Positions 13,298-26,617 of a DNA stretch of 64,000 nt are shown in pieces (position 1 is the first letter of the stretch; every line of letters starts with the position of its first letter). Source of the DNA: Eukaryota sp. GEM-RC1 (Eukaryota); the NCBI GenBank assembly GCA_040285855.1, contig JAUFOQ010000010.1, forward strand, positions 1,488,001 through 1,552,000, read 5' to 3'. Position numbers and translations under genes: made by a program. The notes under the pieces were generated by a model, which saw nothing but the letters and a program-made list of their open reading frames with translations, was not told where the DNA came from and ran no database searches.

Positions 13298-15722
13298 TCA
13301 GTTGGTAAACATCCATCTAATTCCTCCTTTTTTTCTTTCCCAGTACCTCACCAATTCCAAATTACCGCTTTTTCTGTAAAAAGAGGTTAATCTATCAATC
13401 GCGGAAGTACTGTTCAGGTATGCTGAATGAAGAAGTAATTCAAGGGCTTTCTCGCTGTTTCTTGGCAACATAGTACCAACGTCGTACTGATGGCCTAAGT
13501 TTCTCATACTAAGGGACGATCCTCCTTCAGCTGCCAATTTAAAATAATTAACTGCCTCATTCTTATTCTGCTCCACAACATCACCCTTAAATAACAAACA
13601 TCCCATAGTATTCATAGCTTGAGTATTTCCCATATCAATAGCAACTTGTAAATGTTGAAGAGCTTCTGGAACATTCTGCTCAACTCCAAATTCACCATTA
13701 TAACAGAAATAAAGACCAAGAAAACCTTCAGAATTTCCTAATTCAGACACCTTTTTGAAACAAAGCATAGCTTCATTGATATTCTTGTCAACTCCTTGAC
13801 CATACAAAAACAATATCCCAAATTGAGCATTCCAAAAACATTTCCCAATTCTGCAGATTTTTTAAAATATTCAACAGCTTTGTAGAGATTCTTTTCAACA
13901 CCTAAACCTAAATAGTAACAACTGCCTAATTTGAGAATTGAATCAACGTGATTGTGATTAGCACCTTCATTAAACAAGGCAAAAGCCTGTCCATAATTCT
14001 GAGTGACAGAATTTCCATCGAAAAACAGTAATCCATCTGAGTACAATTGATTTCCAGCTTTGAGCTCTTTTTCACGTGACGAGCAGAAGTCAAGAGAAGT
14101 CTCTGCTACAAAAGAATTGATATAAGACCCAAGATTAGTGTCTTTACGGATTTCCATTAAAAATTTTAAAAACTGCATTACATTTAAATCGGGTTTCTCC
14201 ATAATTAATGAGATACATTTAATAAAACCATCAACATTCCAAGAAAAATTGAATTCGTCAGAATTCTTCCAAGATTTCACCAGACTTTTGCCAAGCCACA
14301 TGCAGAAATCTCCAGGAAGTATTGAACAAAGAAGTTCAAGATAGTTCTTTGGTAAACATAAATAAGGATAATTTTTTAAAGACTCTAAAGTAACAATAGA
14401 AAGAAAACATTCGCCAAAAAGATTTAAATCAGTGAAATAATTAAAATTCTTTTGTAAGGTCCACAGAAACCAATCTGGAGGAATATTTGTAAAAGATTTG
14501 ACATTTTGAAAAATATACATTGACCACTCCAACAAAGTGGAAATTAAGTGATCATCACTAGTGCAATCTATAAGCTCGAAAATTTTGAAGAAATCAACAG
14601 AAAACTCCTCTGGAAGTTTTAAAAATTCATTAGTTTTCGGATCTAGAGAGTGTTCATCTTTATATTGCTCAATTAAACATTTAAACAACCAAAAAGGATC
14701 AACAACAGGCAACAATGAAGTAATAAAAGAAACTCTTAAAGGAAAAGGTTCATGCTCGATAGTTGAAAGAATTGAAAAAATCTCGGTATTTTGATCAATG
14801 AAATAGAATTGATTCTTGTCGTTACAAGTTTTCAATAGAGAAAAAAGCTCTTCTTGTGAGAAAGAGTTCGAAACAAGGAAGTTTTTACAATCCAATTTAA
14901 ACTGATCTACTTGGAAATAAACAGATAATTGAAAAAACTCCAAAATATTTGAAATACTAAATTCAACAAAATTCTCATAGTGAATAAGTCCGAAAAACGA
15001 ACCAAAAACTTCGTCAGATACACCCGAAAATTCATCAGAATATTCAAAATTTCTCACAGCTGAATCGTTAAATTCACATGAAATTAAATTCTGAAACATT
15101 TTTGAAAATGAAATCAATAATACAGAGTTCAGAAGTGATAGACGTGTTTATGTAAGAAACACGTACGTCTTTAAGGCAAGATTCTACAATTTTTAAAATT
15201 AAATTTTGTGAATCCAATTTAAAATTGTTATCCTCAAAATTTTTTCAACCCTTTTGTCATTCTCTCAGTAACAAACTGACTTAACTCCTGAAACTGAAGA
15301 AGAGAAGCAATGACGGAGATATATGTAACATTTTCAGGAGTAACAGTAAGAGATTGGCCATAGAGACTTGACAGGACTGAGAAGAATAAATCAGAATCTG
15401 TAAGAAAAGGAAGATGTGGGAACTCTATTGTAGTAGATTCCAGACCCTTCTCCTTAAGAACAGGACTGAAAGCACTGACAACGAAGGAATGACAGTGGAA
15501 AGAGTTGCCATCGTAGGTAATGACAGCGTCAGTAAGAAGGTTGTCTCTTTGTAGGGAATAGAGGTTGTTGCAGAAGCAATCTGAAGGGAAGCAATAAGTA
15601 TTTGGAAGATCAAGACTATCTAGAACTCGAGGGCGTTTAGAAGGAGGACTTTGGACGTCAGTGGTGTTGGAAGTTCTAGAAGAGGGTCGAGAGTCACTTG
15701 AATTGGACATGAGATTGGACAT
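13298..15722 (-). CDS. BTB-BTB ... Sel1-like repeat protein (two single-base frameshifts)
   Basis: BTB1 LTDAVITYDGNSFHCHSFVVSAFSPVL; BTB2 remnant VLLISFSKMFQNL...LSVYFQVDQFKLDC; Sel1 repeats LGSCYYLGLGVEKNLYKAVEYFKKSAELGN and GQGVDKNINEAMLCFKK. Shifts fall in A/T runs near 15240 and 13808. Confidence 0.85.
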
Positions 15723-15779
15723 TTTTGTAAGATTTGTACAATTGCAATTTCAAGATCGATTAATAAAAAGTAATATATT

Positions 15780-18378
15780 CGTTGTAATAATTGTCTTTAA
15801 AATGTGTTCCTGAGTTATCATCCTACTTGTATTATTATATGGAAAACCAAGTGATTTGATTTATGATTCATATTCGTTGAAATCTATGTCTGGTGTTAAA
15901 CAAAGTGATGCTCTTGTTCTTTTTTTTTCCTGGCTATTCATGATTCGCTTTTGTGTATTGTACAAAAATTCCCAGACCTTAAGATAGTTGGCTATATGGA
16001 TGATATTTCTATTATTCGTCCTTTTGATTAGTGAAGAAAGGTAGCTGTGGAAGTTGCAGATATTTATGAAACATTATGTTCATCGTTGAACCCAGACAAA
16101 TGTTTATTAATTGGTAGATCTACACAAGAATTAGTTATTAATGGAGTTCAGATTCCTTTTACTAATTATGTTGAAGATGATTTCCGTTTTCTAGGAGGTT
16201 GGCTTGAGACTGTTCCTAAAATTTCTCAAGAATTATGTACATTAATTGTTTCGAAAAAATTAGTTCAGAACTCAACACAATTTCTTTATATGACATTGAA
16301 AAACATATAAAATTTTTGGGAAATTATATAGGTAATGATGAGGAAATCAAGAAGCGTTTAACGGGAAAGAATTTTTCAATTCATTGTAAACTGAAGGAAG
16401 TTCTGGATCTAGGAGTTGGAAAGCAAATTTCTTTTGCCGTTTTACAAGCTTGCTTTGCTGGTAAAATTACTCATTATCTAAGAGGCCTTCCTCCTAGTGT
16501 TACTTGTGATTTTTCGAGAGATTTAAACAAGATCCGAACCAAGTTTTTGGAGCGTATTGATAGACTGTGGTGACACTTCGTTGCCAGATCATTGTTTCAC
16601 ATCTACTTGTTTTGGGGGTGTAGGTTTTTCAAAGGTATATTGTCTTCGTGAAGGAGCATTCTTAGGTTGTCTAATTTCTTGTTTGAGTTTCGTGTCCGTT
16701 ATCCTGATCTTTGGCTTGATCATCGTTTTCTCTCATCCTCCCCGTGTTCATGGTTCATTAGTCTGCAAGATCAGATGGAGAACCTTGATGGTGATATATG
16801 GACGTCTCTGTTCCCCATATCTGTTACTGAGATTCCTCAAAGAAGTTTGTTCTCCTTACCACAATGCGTCCGTAAATTGCAAAAGCAATTTATCAACTAT
16901 CATGAAAGCTTGGACTTTCAAAATCGTTATCATAATTTAGACAATTATTTGCTTGGCTAAAATCGAGAGTCCCTTTTTTGTGCTTTTTTGAAAGACATTT
17001 CTAGCATAGTTGACAAATACACCACCTCCGAAAATAAATACAAAAAGTCCAAAAATACACTAAAATACAAAAAAAATACAAATTTCTAACATAATGACAT
17101 TTTGTTATTTTCGTTTGTTGAAATATTCGAAATACCGCTTAATATCACCAATCAATGTCACTTTCGATTAGCTCTCAATCCTAAAACATGATCAGATTCT
17201 ACCAATCACATTGAGTGTTTACATTTTGCAAAGTGTATCTGTAACTTTCATCATCTCAAATTTGGTGTCGTTGATTGTGTATTTTTTCCCACGTCCTATT
17301 TATAAAACAATCTTAATTAATTAGTTTATCTATTGTACGACCAATTCAAAGGTACTGGGCATAACCAAAATGTGTTTCACAGAAGAATATTATGAATGTT
17401 GTGTTTGTTAAGTAGATTCATAACTTAATGTTACTGATTTATGGACTCATTAGTTGTGTTGATAACTGAAACATGTATATTCGAGGCATATGAGTACTTG
17501 GATAGTCAAAATTGACTTTCTGGAAAAAATACAAAAACAACGCTTAAAACCGAATTTAAAAAATACAAAAAAATCCTAAAATACAAATAATACAAAACAG
17601 TGTATTTCGCAACTATGATTTCTAGTGATGAGGCTTCTACTTTGATTACTCGATATCCTCATAGATATAGTTTCAACTTAAAAGATCATGAATGGCTTAT
17701 CAACATTCATTTGAGGTTGGGTTTATGGCCGTTTGGTCTCCTTCAAAAGTCTACTTGTGTGTGTGGTTCTTCGTTAACCTCTTTCCATCATGAGGTCAAC
17801 TGTCATAAGTTTATTCATTTTAGATCAATTATTCACATTAGTATCCGGGATACATGTTTGGATATATTTAAAGCGAATGGTTTTCATGGAAAAATTGAAC
17901 CTTTACTTGCTAATCTTTCTGATCTGCCAAAAGTTGATGGACGTCGTGGTGATTTGATTGGTGCTTGTTATCATGTCAGGAAATTATCATGAATTTTACA
18001 ACTGTTGATCCTTGTAATTCAAGATCAATTTCCAAAATTTTGATAATGATTTTTCTGCTCTTGAAGTGGCTAAAAGGCAAAATACAAAGTACTGTCACTT
18101 AATTAACCAATTAAATGTTGACAGGTACAATGTTTCTGTGTTTCAACCTTTTGCGATGTCGATATATGGTAATATTGGACCAGATGCACAAAGTTTTTCA
18201 ACTTCCTTTGGTAAATTGTTTTCTGAGTATGGTGAAGTTTTCAATGAAATTTTGTGGTTGAGTAGGTTACCGTTTGCGTTGTTTCGTTCAATGCACAGAT
18301 AATTTAATTCAATTTTAGGTAAGTTGTTCGGTGATGCACAGAAGGATTATGGTTTAGGTACTTTAGTTTGTGACTGAT
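15780..18378 (+). mobile_element. 5'-truncated, decayed non-LTR retrotransposon with RT and C-terminal restriction-like endonuclease (CRE-like)
   Basis: RT motifs SGVKQSDAL...LAIH and VGYMDDI (about 15890-16010), FRFLGG; then LRLG...CVCG...HEVNC zinc knuckle, RRGDL, FTTVDP, KRQNTKY, FQPFAMSIYGNIG. Many shifts; interrupted by a MITE. Clade assignment is inference. Confidence 0.85.
17005..17617. mobile_element. hAT-type MITE inserted in the non-LTR element
   Basis: 8-bp TSD ATTTCTAG (16997-17004 and 17618-17625). TIRs CATAGTTGACAAATACAC / CATAGTTGCGAAATACAC (16/18). AAATAC subterminal repeats. Removing it restores ...FLKDISSDEASTL... Confidence 0.92.
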
Positions 18379-18439
18379 AGTTATTAACTTCTGCACATGC
18401 ATTTATTTCACTGATTAATCATAAACCCCGTTTTTTTTA

Positions 18440-18632
18440 CAACAGTTTACGTGATCAATGTTTAGAATTGTTTAAGAGCAATGGTTTTCATTGGGAAATC
18501 GAACCAGTTTTAAATACTTTGTGTGACTCAATTATTAGAGATAAGAGCAGTGGTGATTTGATTGGTCCTTGGTTTTCCTCTCAAGAAATAATTATGGACT
18601 TTACTACGGTTGATCCTTGTAACTCAACTTCT
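18440..18632 (+). mobile_element. Second RLE-domain fragment of a related non-LTR element
   Basis: LRDQCLELFKSNGFHWEIEP...GDLIGPW...MDFTTVDPCNS parallels 17845-18020. Confidence 0.8.
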
Positions 18633-18637
18633 GAGAT

Positions 18638-20462
18638 GCGGTCATCTGTTTTGAATGTGAAGAAGCTCCCGCCACTCTTTTCTGTGGTGATTGTGATGCC
18701 GCTATATGCGATAGTTGCTCAGCAGCTGTCCATAAACACAAGCTATTACGATCCCACTCAGTTGTTCCTATCAACCAAAAACCCACCATCTCTTACTCTA
18801 AATGACCTCGCCACCCCTCTAAACCCCTCGAACATTTCTGCACCAAGTGTTTGGTATCCATATGCGACTCATGTGGACTTTTAATGGGTCACGCTAAACA
18901 CTGTGAGGAATTGATTCCTCTTTCACAAGCCAAAGAAGACTTTGAACTCCAAGTCAAAGAGCTCCACCTCTCTATGTCCAACGCAACTTCGAAAGTCTTT
19001 GGAAATAAAGAAGAAGTAGAAAAGGTTGTTGCTGAAGTTGTTGTCAATACTCAGACAATTCTTTTGATTTGATCAACAACTTGGTTAGAGAATCATCTCA
19101 AAAGATTGTGAATCTTGGGACTGGAAATACCGTGAGTTGTTCTCTAACTTTTAACAAAGAGTTGAGAGAAAAATGTCATGATTTTATTGAAAATGCTTTA
19201 GAGGTGTTAAAAGCTTTAAACAATCATTTAATGAAAGCTTTGAATTCATTGGAGAAAATGCAAACTCTTTTCATTTGAAATTGTTGTCCAAATTGTTGAA
19301 GCAAGATTTAGTTGTTGTTGATGTGTTTGATGTGTCTTCAAAATCTAAAGAAATTTTAAAAATTGCTCAAATTTCTTATGATTTTTCTATCAATTTCTCA
19401 GAGTTGCAAGAACTTGTGGTAATTGAAATTTCTCAAGATTTAAAACTGAAACTATTCAATAATTTCATCAATAACTCTCAAACTATTTCAATTTCTCAAT
19501 TTTATTTGGATTAAAGAACTTAACCCTGAATTAACTATTTTAATGTTTGAAAAACTAGAGTTTAATTCACTAACTGAAGAAGAATTTCTTGCTATAGTTG
19601 GTACTTTTATTGAACATTCCAATGTAGAATTGTTGTCAAAAGTTGTCAATAATTTCTCATTTAAAAGTGTTCCTAAAATTCCTGTTATTCATGGTAATTT
19701 GTTATCAAGAATCAATTTAGATAATGCTTCAAATCAAAACAGGGAAATTTGGTTGGAAAAAGTTATTCTTACAAATCTTGTTGGAGATGAAATTCAAGTA
19801 ATTGGTAGAAAATTCTTGGGTAGGGAGATTTCTTCAAGAATTAATGTTGGAGTTTTTGTTTGTAATCAAGGTTTCTTAAATGACCTCACTGAAAAAATTA
19901 AAAAAGGTTTTGCTGAAAATTGCGGAAATGTTAATCTTTCAATTAATTCATTCACCAGTAAAGTTCAAAGCCTTGAAGAACTTGAAAACTATGATGTTTT
20001 AGTTGTTGAACGTCTTGCTTGTCCTTGTCCAGGTCAACTTCTTGACCAGTTTTTAAACCAAGGTAAGGGTTTGGTTTTGTTTGATTGTTCGCCAAGTTGT
20101 ATTCAAGGAGGATTTAGTAATTCTTGTTTCAGTGGAGGTGGTGATGGGGGTGGCTTTCTAATAATCAACAACATGACATGGTAAAAACTCTACCAAATGA
20201 TCCTATTTTTCTTAATGTAAACAGTTTTGCAACAAACTTTGGTTTTCAAACTCCAAAGTCTGTTAATGGAACTCTATTAGCTACTGTTAATTCTGGAATT
20301 GCTTTAATTGCAAAGAAAGAAGTTGGTGGAGGTAGACTTGTAGAGTTTGGGTTGTTTTGTCCGTCTAGTGACTCTAATGGTAATGGAGTTTGTTGGTCAA
20401 GTTCAACTGACGGACACAAGTTGTTTGCTAATTCTATTATTTGGGTACATAAAATGGTTTAA
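18638..20462 (+). pseudogene. B-box1/B-box2/coiled-coil protein with C-terminal alpha/beta domain (class I GATase-like fold by inference)
   Basis: A frame absent from the ORF track reads VICFECEEAPATLFCGDCDAAICDSCSAAVHKHKLLRSH...K*PRHPSKPLEHFCTKCLVSICDSCGLLMGH, with TGA in place of a Cys. C-terminus YDVLVV..QFLNQGKGLVLF..DPIF..GGGRLV..LFANSIIW. Several shifts; 5' end replaced by the retroelement fragment. Confidence 0.75.
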
Positions 20463-20934
20463 ATAACGGTTTAAAAACGTACGTAATGATTAAGTTATGA
20501 TAGTATACAAGTCTTGATGACTCTGCCCATTTTGTCTCAAAAACAACGTTAGCTGTTAGTTTATCTATTGGAAATAACATTTGACTACTGTCCTGGTAAT
20601 ATATTTCTACCTCAACAAAAGAGGTTTCACACAATTTTGCTCGTTTTCGCGAACCAAAATACACTGATTTAACCTAAACCATTTATCTATCATCCCTAAT
20701 ACAAAATCAAATTATTCTCCACAATAGCAATAGTTTTTTTCTCGCGCTGTAGAATGTTGGCTTTTCAAATTTAGAATTCCTGAAACACACTTTCAATTGT
20801 TCAACAAATCATCAGCTTTGGATAATTTTACTTCAAAGGGATTACCAGTCATTTTTGTTGCCGAATCCATCTTAATAGTATTGGTTACACTGTGTTGAAC
20901 AGAAAAACATTTCAACTTGATAATAATTTAGTTT

Positions 20935-21058
20935 AAGAATGACTTTTGCTGTTTTCTGTCGTTATTTAGATATTTCAATTCTATGTTAGCTAATTTTTTT
21001 GATTCTAGTCAGGTGGAGTTTAGTTCAGATAGTTTAACTAGTGTCTTCCAGTTTTAGT
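20935..21058 (+). mobile_element. Short 3'-terminal fragment of a CRE-like non-LTR element
   Basis: RMTFAVF..SLFRYFNSML matches RLPFALFRSMHR.FNSIL at about 18263-18320. Confidence 0.5.
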
Positions 21059-22104
21059 TAGTGTACATTGTACGTGGTAAGTTGGTGTCGTCAAATAACA
21101 GTATTTCTCTTTAGAGTATTTAAAAGCTCGCCAAATTATCTACAGAAAAATACATGCTTAATGATGAATATCAATATCATTTGTCATGCATGCTATAAAA
21201 TGCCAATCATGTATAATGAAAACACATTGGTGTTGTAAAACAGTTACTTGATTTATTGTATTTATCTGAGTACAGAACTAGTAAAGGATTGTCGGGTGAA
21301 GATGACGTTATTGTAATTGATGATTCATCATGAGAAGAAGAACGCGAGTTTTACCAAAAACGTATCGAATCTACTTGAAGAAAACTCAAGAAACCAGTGG
21401 ACAAACTTAACTGGCTCATCTACAAGAAACCTTCACCTGGATTGACTGTCCCATCTTCTCATATGAAACAGACATCGAAGCCTTAATATCATCGTTGAAA
21501 CGAAAACTTCCTCATTGGTACCATTAATAGTGACTATCCATTCCTCACCGCCACCAAAGAAATGATACGTAGCAGTTAGCTTCCGGTTAGCTAAAGTTTA
21601 TGTTTTAACTTACACTTCTAAGTCAGTAAAGTAGCGATTTTTTCTTTATTTGTGTCAATGTGTCACGAGCAATTCGAAATAGTTTACAGACTCTCAGATT
21701 TAATATTCCATGAGTTACAGATGTCATGGTAATCCCAAAATTGTTGAAACCCCAGTTGATATCAAGTAAAAGTATTCACGGACACCAAGTTATTACCCTA
21801 TCATTATATTTGGAATACACAATCAATGTTTTCTCTTCTGTCGATTATGCGGTTTTTCATATGGGTTCGTTAAGAGTACAATAATTCTTTATGTTAATCA
21901 TTTTAAACCTACAACATGTAGAAACCATTACAGTCGCCGAATTATCTATTAGATCCGATTTTTGGAGAATAAGTGGTTACACGTTTTGCATATTTGCTGA
22001 TGAATAAGTGTGTCGTTTTTAAAGAGCATTGGACACAATAAATGAGTAAGTAAACTTTCATAAGAAGGGTCGAAACAGATACAGTTGCTCAAAAGAACTA
22101 TTAA

Positions 22105-22370
22105 TTATCCTCTTTATGGAACGTTTTGTTGCTTCAGTCAACAACTTCTCACAGATTTAGGCAAATTGTGTAAGTATTATGGAAAGAATTTTAATGAAAG
22201 TTACTGGAGAGGAAGGTTGTCGTTTTCCCTTTTCAAAGCACTGTTTAGGTATTTTGATTCGATTTTGAACAGTCTCTTTGCATTGAGACATGAATTTGAG
22301 ATGATATAGAGGTATTTGTATCTCATTTGTTAATATTGATAGTTTGTATTTGTAAGAGTAAATAAAAGGC
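22105..22370 (+). mobile_element. 3'-terminal fragment of a CRE-like non-LTR element
   Basis: LYGTF...LGKLCKYYGKNFNESYWRGRLSFSLFKALFRYFDSIL parallels ORF 18066-18302; AATAAA follows near 22361. Confidence 0.65.
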
Positions 22371-22407
22371 GTTTTTTATTAAATTTTTATATTAAAAATT
22401 TGCAACT

Positions 22408-23420
22408 TGTTTCACCAGTCTAACTCTCAGCCACTCGAAGAAGGACATCGCTCGTCATCTTCTGTTGAAACACGCGTGTTGTTGTCCTTGAAATTCCAGA
22501 TCTTCACATAAGTCTGAGAACATTATCTACTGATTCAATGATGACGTGATCATGGGGTTATTACTAGCACTGAAAACAACCAGAGTAATAGAGAAGATTT
22601 GTTACCATATATAGATGGTGACGTTTGCAAAAGGTCATAAAGCACGTCATCTTTTGACCCTAGAGAAGTACTTAATGATCGTTGACAATGAAAGACAGAA
22701 GATAAAGACATTGAAGTGAGACAGGGTGAAAATCAATAGACTCTCAAGGAGGTATAGGTAGGAGAACCAAAGAAAGTAAAAGTCTTACTTTCACAAGTAC
22801 TAGCAAACATCGATGACGTGTCACCTAGGTTTGATGACGTGTCACTTAGCGTGCTGGCTGGTCAGTAACTAGTTTCAGCACTAGTGAGTAGAATCCAATA
22901 GTGAGTACTGAGAAGTAGAGTAGATTTAGTTTTGGAAGAGGGAAGAAGTAGATATTTGGAGTGAAGAACTAAAAAAAGATGAAAGGTTGGTAGGATTCAG
23001 AAAACTTCTGATCTTTTTGGGACTATTGGTATTCCTTAGTGTTTCTGAGAGATTGTGTAGGAGAAGTGAAGTGGGATTCAGCTTCAACGTTTGAGGAAGA
23101 TGGATCGAACTGGCTTTTGTTTTGAACACCAGTACGGAATATAAAATCACTCATCTCCTTCTTTTCAAGGACATAGTTGGATGGGAAGGATGACGTGATT
23201 TGCATATCCTTGAGGGGGAGGGCGATCGATGTAATGCTCATAGGGAAGTAAAGATCAATCGACGAGAAGCAGGATTAGAACAACACAAGCTCCATCGGCA
23301 GAAAGAGTAGGCGGATGTGGTAATTAAGTGAAGCCATAAGTTATTGGAAGAACATAATCATCTAGAACCAGAGGGCGTTTAGAAGGTGGACTGATGACAT
23401 TAGTATATAGTTGGAAGTTC
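22408..23420 (-). repeat. Decayed ~1 kb gene-family copy, paralogous to 29234-30255
   Basis: Colinear high identity with 29234-30255 (e.g. GTTTCACCAGTC..AACTCTCAGCCACTC; LPQTLKLNxTSLLLHNLSETLRNTN). Both begin with an SPxSKRPxVL segment like the BTB genes. Confidence 0.8.
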
Positions 23421-24539
23421 TGGTAGAGAGTAAACCATAGTCAAGGTTTGGTCTTGATGTGAATCTCCGTCTCCTACAGTTCTAGGTCTCCTCATACGTC
23501 CTCGTGTCTTCTTCTTCTACTACTACTACTACTTGGCAGTTATTTCTGGTAATTCAAGGCCATTTTGACTTTTGTTTCTCTATTGACGCTATGTACTATC
23601 AGTTTGAGCTTGTAAGTGTGATTTTTGTCTACTCTGTTGAACCGCTTCCTCCCTCAAACAAGATTATGTTCCTAGATACTGTCGTTCTTTCACAGCTCTG
23701 TTGAAATGTTCATCTGGTGTGTCTTCTGGATTGTCCAATTCCTTCCTCAGAGATTCTTTTCTTACACGTGGCAACACTTCTCCGACTTTGTTACACTCAA
23801 AGTACTCGTACAACTTTAGAACTTATTCAAACTACACCGTTGCCACAGATTTATACTTCACTATGTCTCTTTCATTCTTTCTTCACTTACAGTCTCTTCT
23901 ATTTGTTAGTAATTCTTCTGGTAGTAATTCGAAGCTTTACTGCCTACTGTTTGTCTGTTTCAACTTTGTACCTTCAATTTGTACTGAATTTTGGGAGAAC
24001 TTTCCATTGAATGTAATTCTACATTATAGTGAAAGCTAATTTTCATTATTACGAATCCAAAAACTACTTCATAAATACAATACAGTGACTATTTACCATT
24101 GATAAAATTCAACACCAACACTGTCGTTGGATTTTACTATATTGATTATGTGTGACATTCGATTGATGACGTGACTAGCCTCAGTTATAGAAAACTCTAA
24201 TGGAGAAAGAGATCAATCATCGGTTAAGACGGCTATAAGATCGTCCATGAAGCATGTAGTATCCCTTCTAGTCTGCGTGAGAGTACATATGGCGTTGTCC
24301 TTAATGTCAAGGATGATTTACATGAAACTCACATCCCTCTTATAGTGTTGAGAAAGTTCTTTTTAAACAAAATACCAGTTTATTATTGTATGTCTACCTC
24401 TTAACGGTAGTACATAATTACATGATATTGAGACATCTTTAAAATGATTTGTCTAACCAGTGAGATGACCAGATGTGAGTGTCTTCGGCTTCACTGCTGA
24501 AAGGCATCACCATTGACTTTGTTGAGTCAAAAGAAGCAA

Positions 24540-24835
24540 GTAAGTACAAAGCTTGATCGATAATTCCTCGTAAATGCTCTGAAAATTGAGTAGCTCGCTG
24601 ATATGAAGCGTCATTCAACGCCTTGAAAAACATGGGCCTTAATAGTTCAAGACTCAGGCCAGAGTGTACTGAAAGAAGACTTTGTAAGGATTGAAACCCT
24701 CTTTCAGGAAGAAACTGGATAACCAAAGGTATGATATTCGCATTAGAGTTGGTGATCGTCTTGACCAAGCAGTTAGCATGTTTGTCACCTGGAGTTTGAA
24801 ATCACAAAAAGACATCCATGTTTGGCGGTGGCAAT
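24540..24835 (-). repeat. Fragment of the dispersed repeat also found at about 61200-61465
   Basis: ORFs 24439 and 61181 share VKTITNSNxNIIPLVIQFxPERGFQSLQS...FFKALNDxSYQRATQ. Confidence 0.8.
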
Positions 24836-26617
24836 GACTCGAGTACTCATCATTAATACACTCGTTTTTAGTCTTTTTACAGTTTCTCACAACTGAAGGC
24901 GTCATTGTGGTAATTTCAGCCACTGTTGCTTATAAGAGTTCGATTACATTTCGCTGCAAATTATTGACAATTCGAGTGATTTCGTTGATAGATCAAATCA
25001 CTTTCCCTATTGACTAGATCTTCATATATGGGAGTAGCTATGAGTGAGAAGCGTTCCATCAGACTTTGTGGAATTCCTATAGCTAAGGTTTTAACATTCC
25101 GCGGTATGCTTTTGCAGCAAACCACTGGGGATTAATTTCTTTCAGCTGTCAATACTTAAGCTTCCTCTCTCTGTTTGCTGTAAGGACTTAATATACGAGT
25201 TGTACTGATCAATCTTGATGTTCTCCACTCTGAGCCTAACAGTATTTTGGTGTCCGTCGCTTGTTTCCAAAACGAAGCTTGGAATAAAAGCCGATTGGTG
25301 TTCATTTGTGCAAAAGCATTCCATCTTGTTACGTTGCGACGAACAGGACTTTTGTTATAATGCGGAGAAGTAGTCTTCGTTTTGCAGTTTTTAATTTGGA
25401 CATAAATGAGTCAAGTTTTCTAAGAAAAGAAATGGAATCGATGAGCGTAGTTTGTAGGCCAGTTGTCAGAAACCAGAAAGCTAGTGTATCGCGTATACTT
25501 TTCATACCCATCATGTAGGAACGGGCAACAATTTATTGCAATAGTATTACTACGAAATTTGGGAACCCAATAATTGATATTAATTCAATGCACAAATATC
25601 ACATATCAAAGTGACATAAGTTGAGATCAAATTTTATTAATTATTGAACGTTTTTGACTCAGTCTGATCACATCTTAAATTTAGAATACAAAGTACAACA
25701 AAAACAATCACGGGAAAAATGTTCTGCAATAGCATTTAGCTTCTTTATGTCTACTTATTGGTAAAACATATTAAATTCAAACTCCTTCGACGGAAGTTAG
25801 CGCTTATGACACTTTACGTTGATCAACTCAATTTTGAAAAAGGACACCTTGAAGAATTCTAAAACAATTAATCTTCAAAAACTAGGCACACTTTACAGCA
25901 AAGGGTTATTTCCAATATATTGTTATTGAAAAATTATCGGAAAATGGGTTGTATTCAATAATAACTATTGACAGTACCAATAAACTGTACCAATAAACTG
26001 TACCGATAAATTGACACACTCTCTTCGTATGTTTGTCTGTAGCAGGCAGATCCAACAACAAGGAAATTCATTCGGTTGTTCTTTGCTCTTAGATGTTCTA
26101 TCTAGAGGCTTCTTGCCACAGATTGAATGTTGTGGTATAAAATTAAATAGCAAACTGTTCTGAATATTGAATCACTTATTTATTGGAAAAGAAGGTGGAA
26201 TTTAAAAAATTCTGTTACTGTTGATTATTAAATAGATGAGGATTGTTGTAGGTACATCAATGTTCTCTCATATTTTGTCCAAATTGTATACACTCCCAAT
26301 TTTACCCTTATATATACCAAAACAAAGGATGAAAAGAGAAGAAGAAAGGAAGTGGGACATCTTTGGTGAAATTTGGTGTCGAGTGTGTCTCAATAACACA
26401 TACGACTATTTGTACAAAATCTTCAGAAGGAAAATGTGTGAAGAGAAGAAAGATTAGTGTTGGGTTCCAAATGTGAAGCCAAAGACTATATAATGTAAGC
26501 GTGTTTATTGTGCATCGAGATCGATCGATGTACGGTCGATAGAGACGGAAAGATCGATCGACAAATGTTTCGAAGCGACAATTTGGCACTAAACCAAGGG
26601 AAGACTGTAGTATGGAT

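Noticed and set aside
15780..18378. This RT as a DGR-type enzyme diversifying the LRR cassettes
   Set aside because: It has non-LTR architecture with an RLE domain, is broken and MITE-interrupted, and no non-coding template repeat is visible.
23504..24039. Overlapping short ORFs as a gene
   Set aside because: No recognisable motif and no consistent frame.
25973..26010. 13-bp tandem repeat GTACCAATAAACT x3
   Set aside because: It could be a TE subterminal repeat, but no matching TIR or TSD was found.
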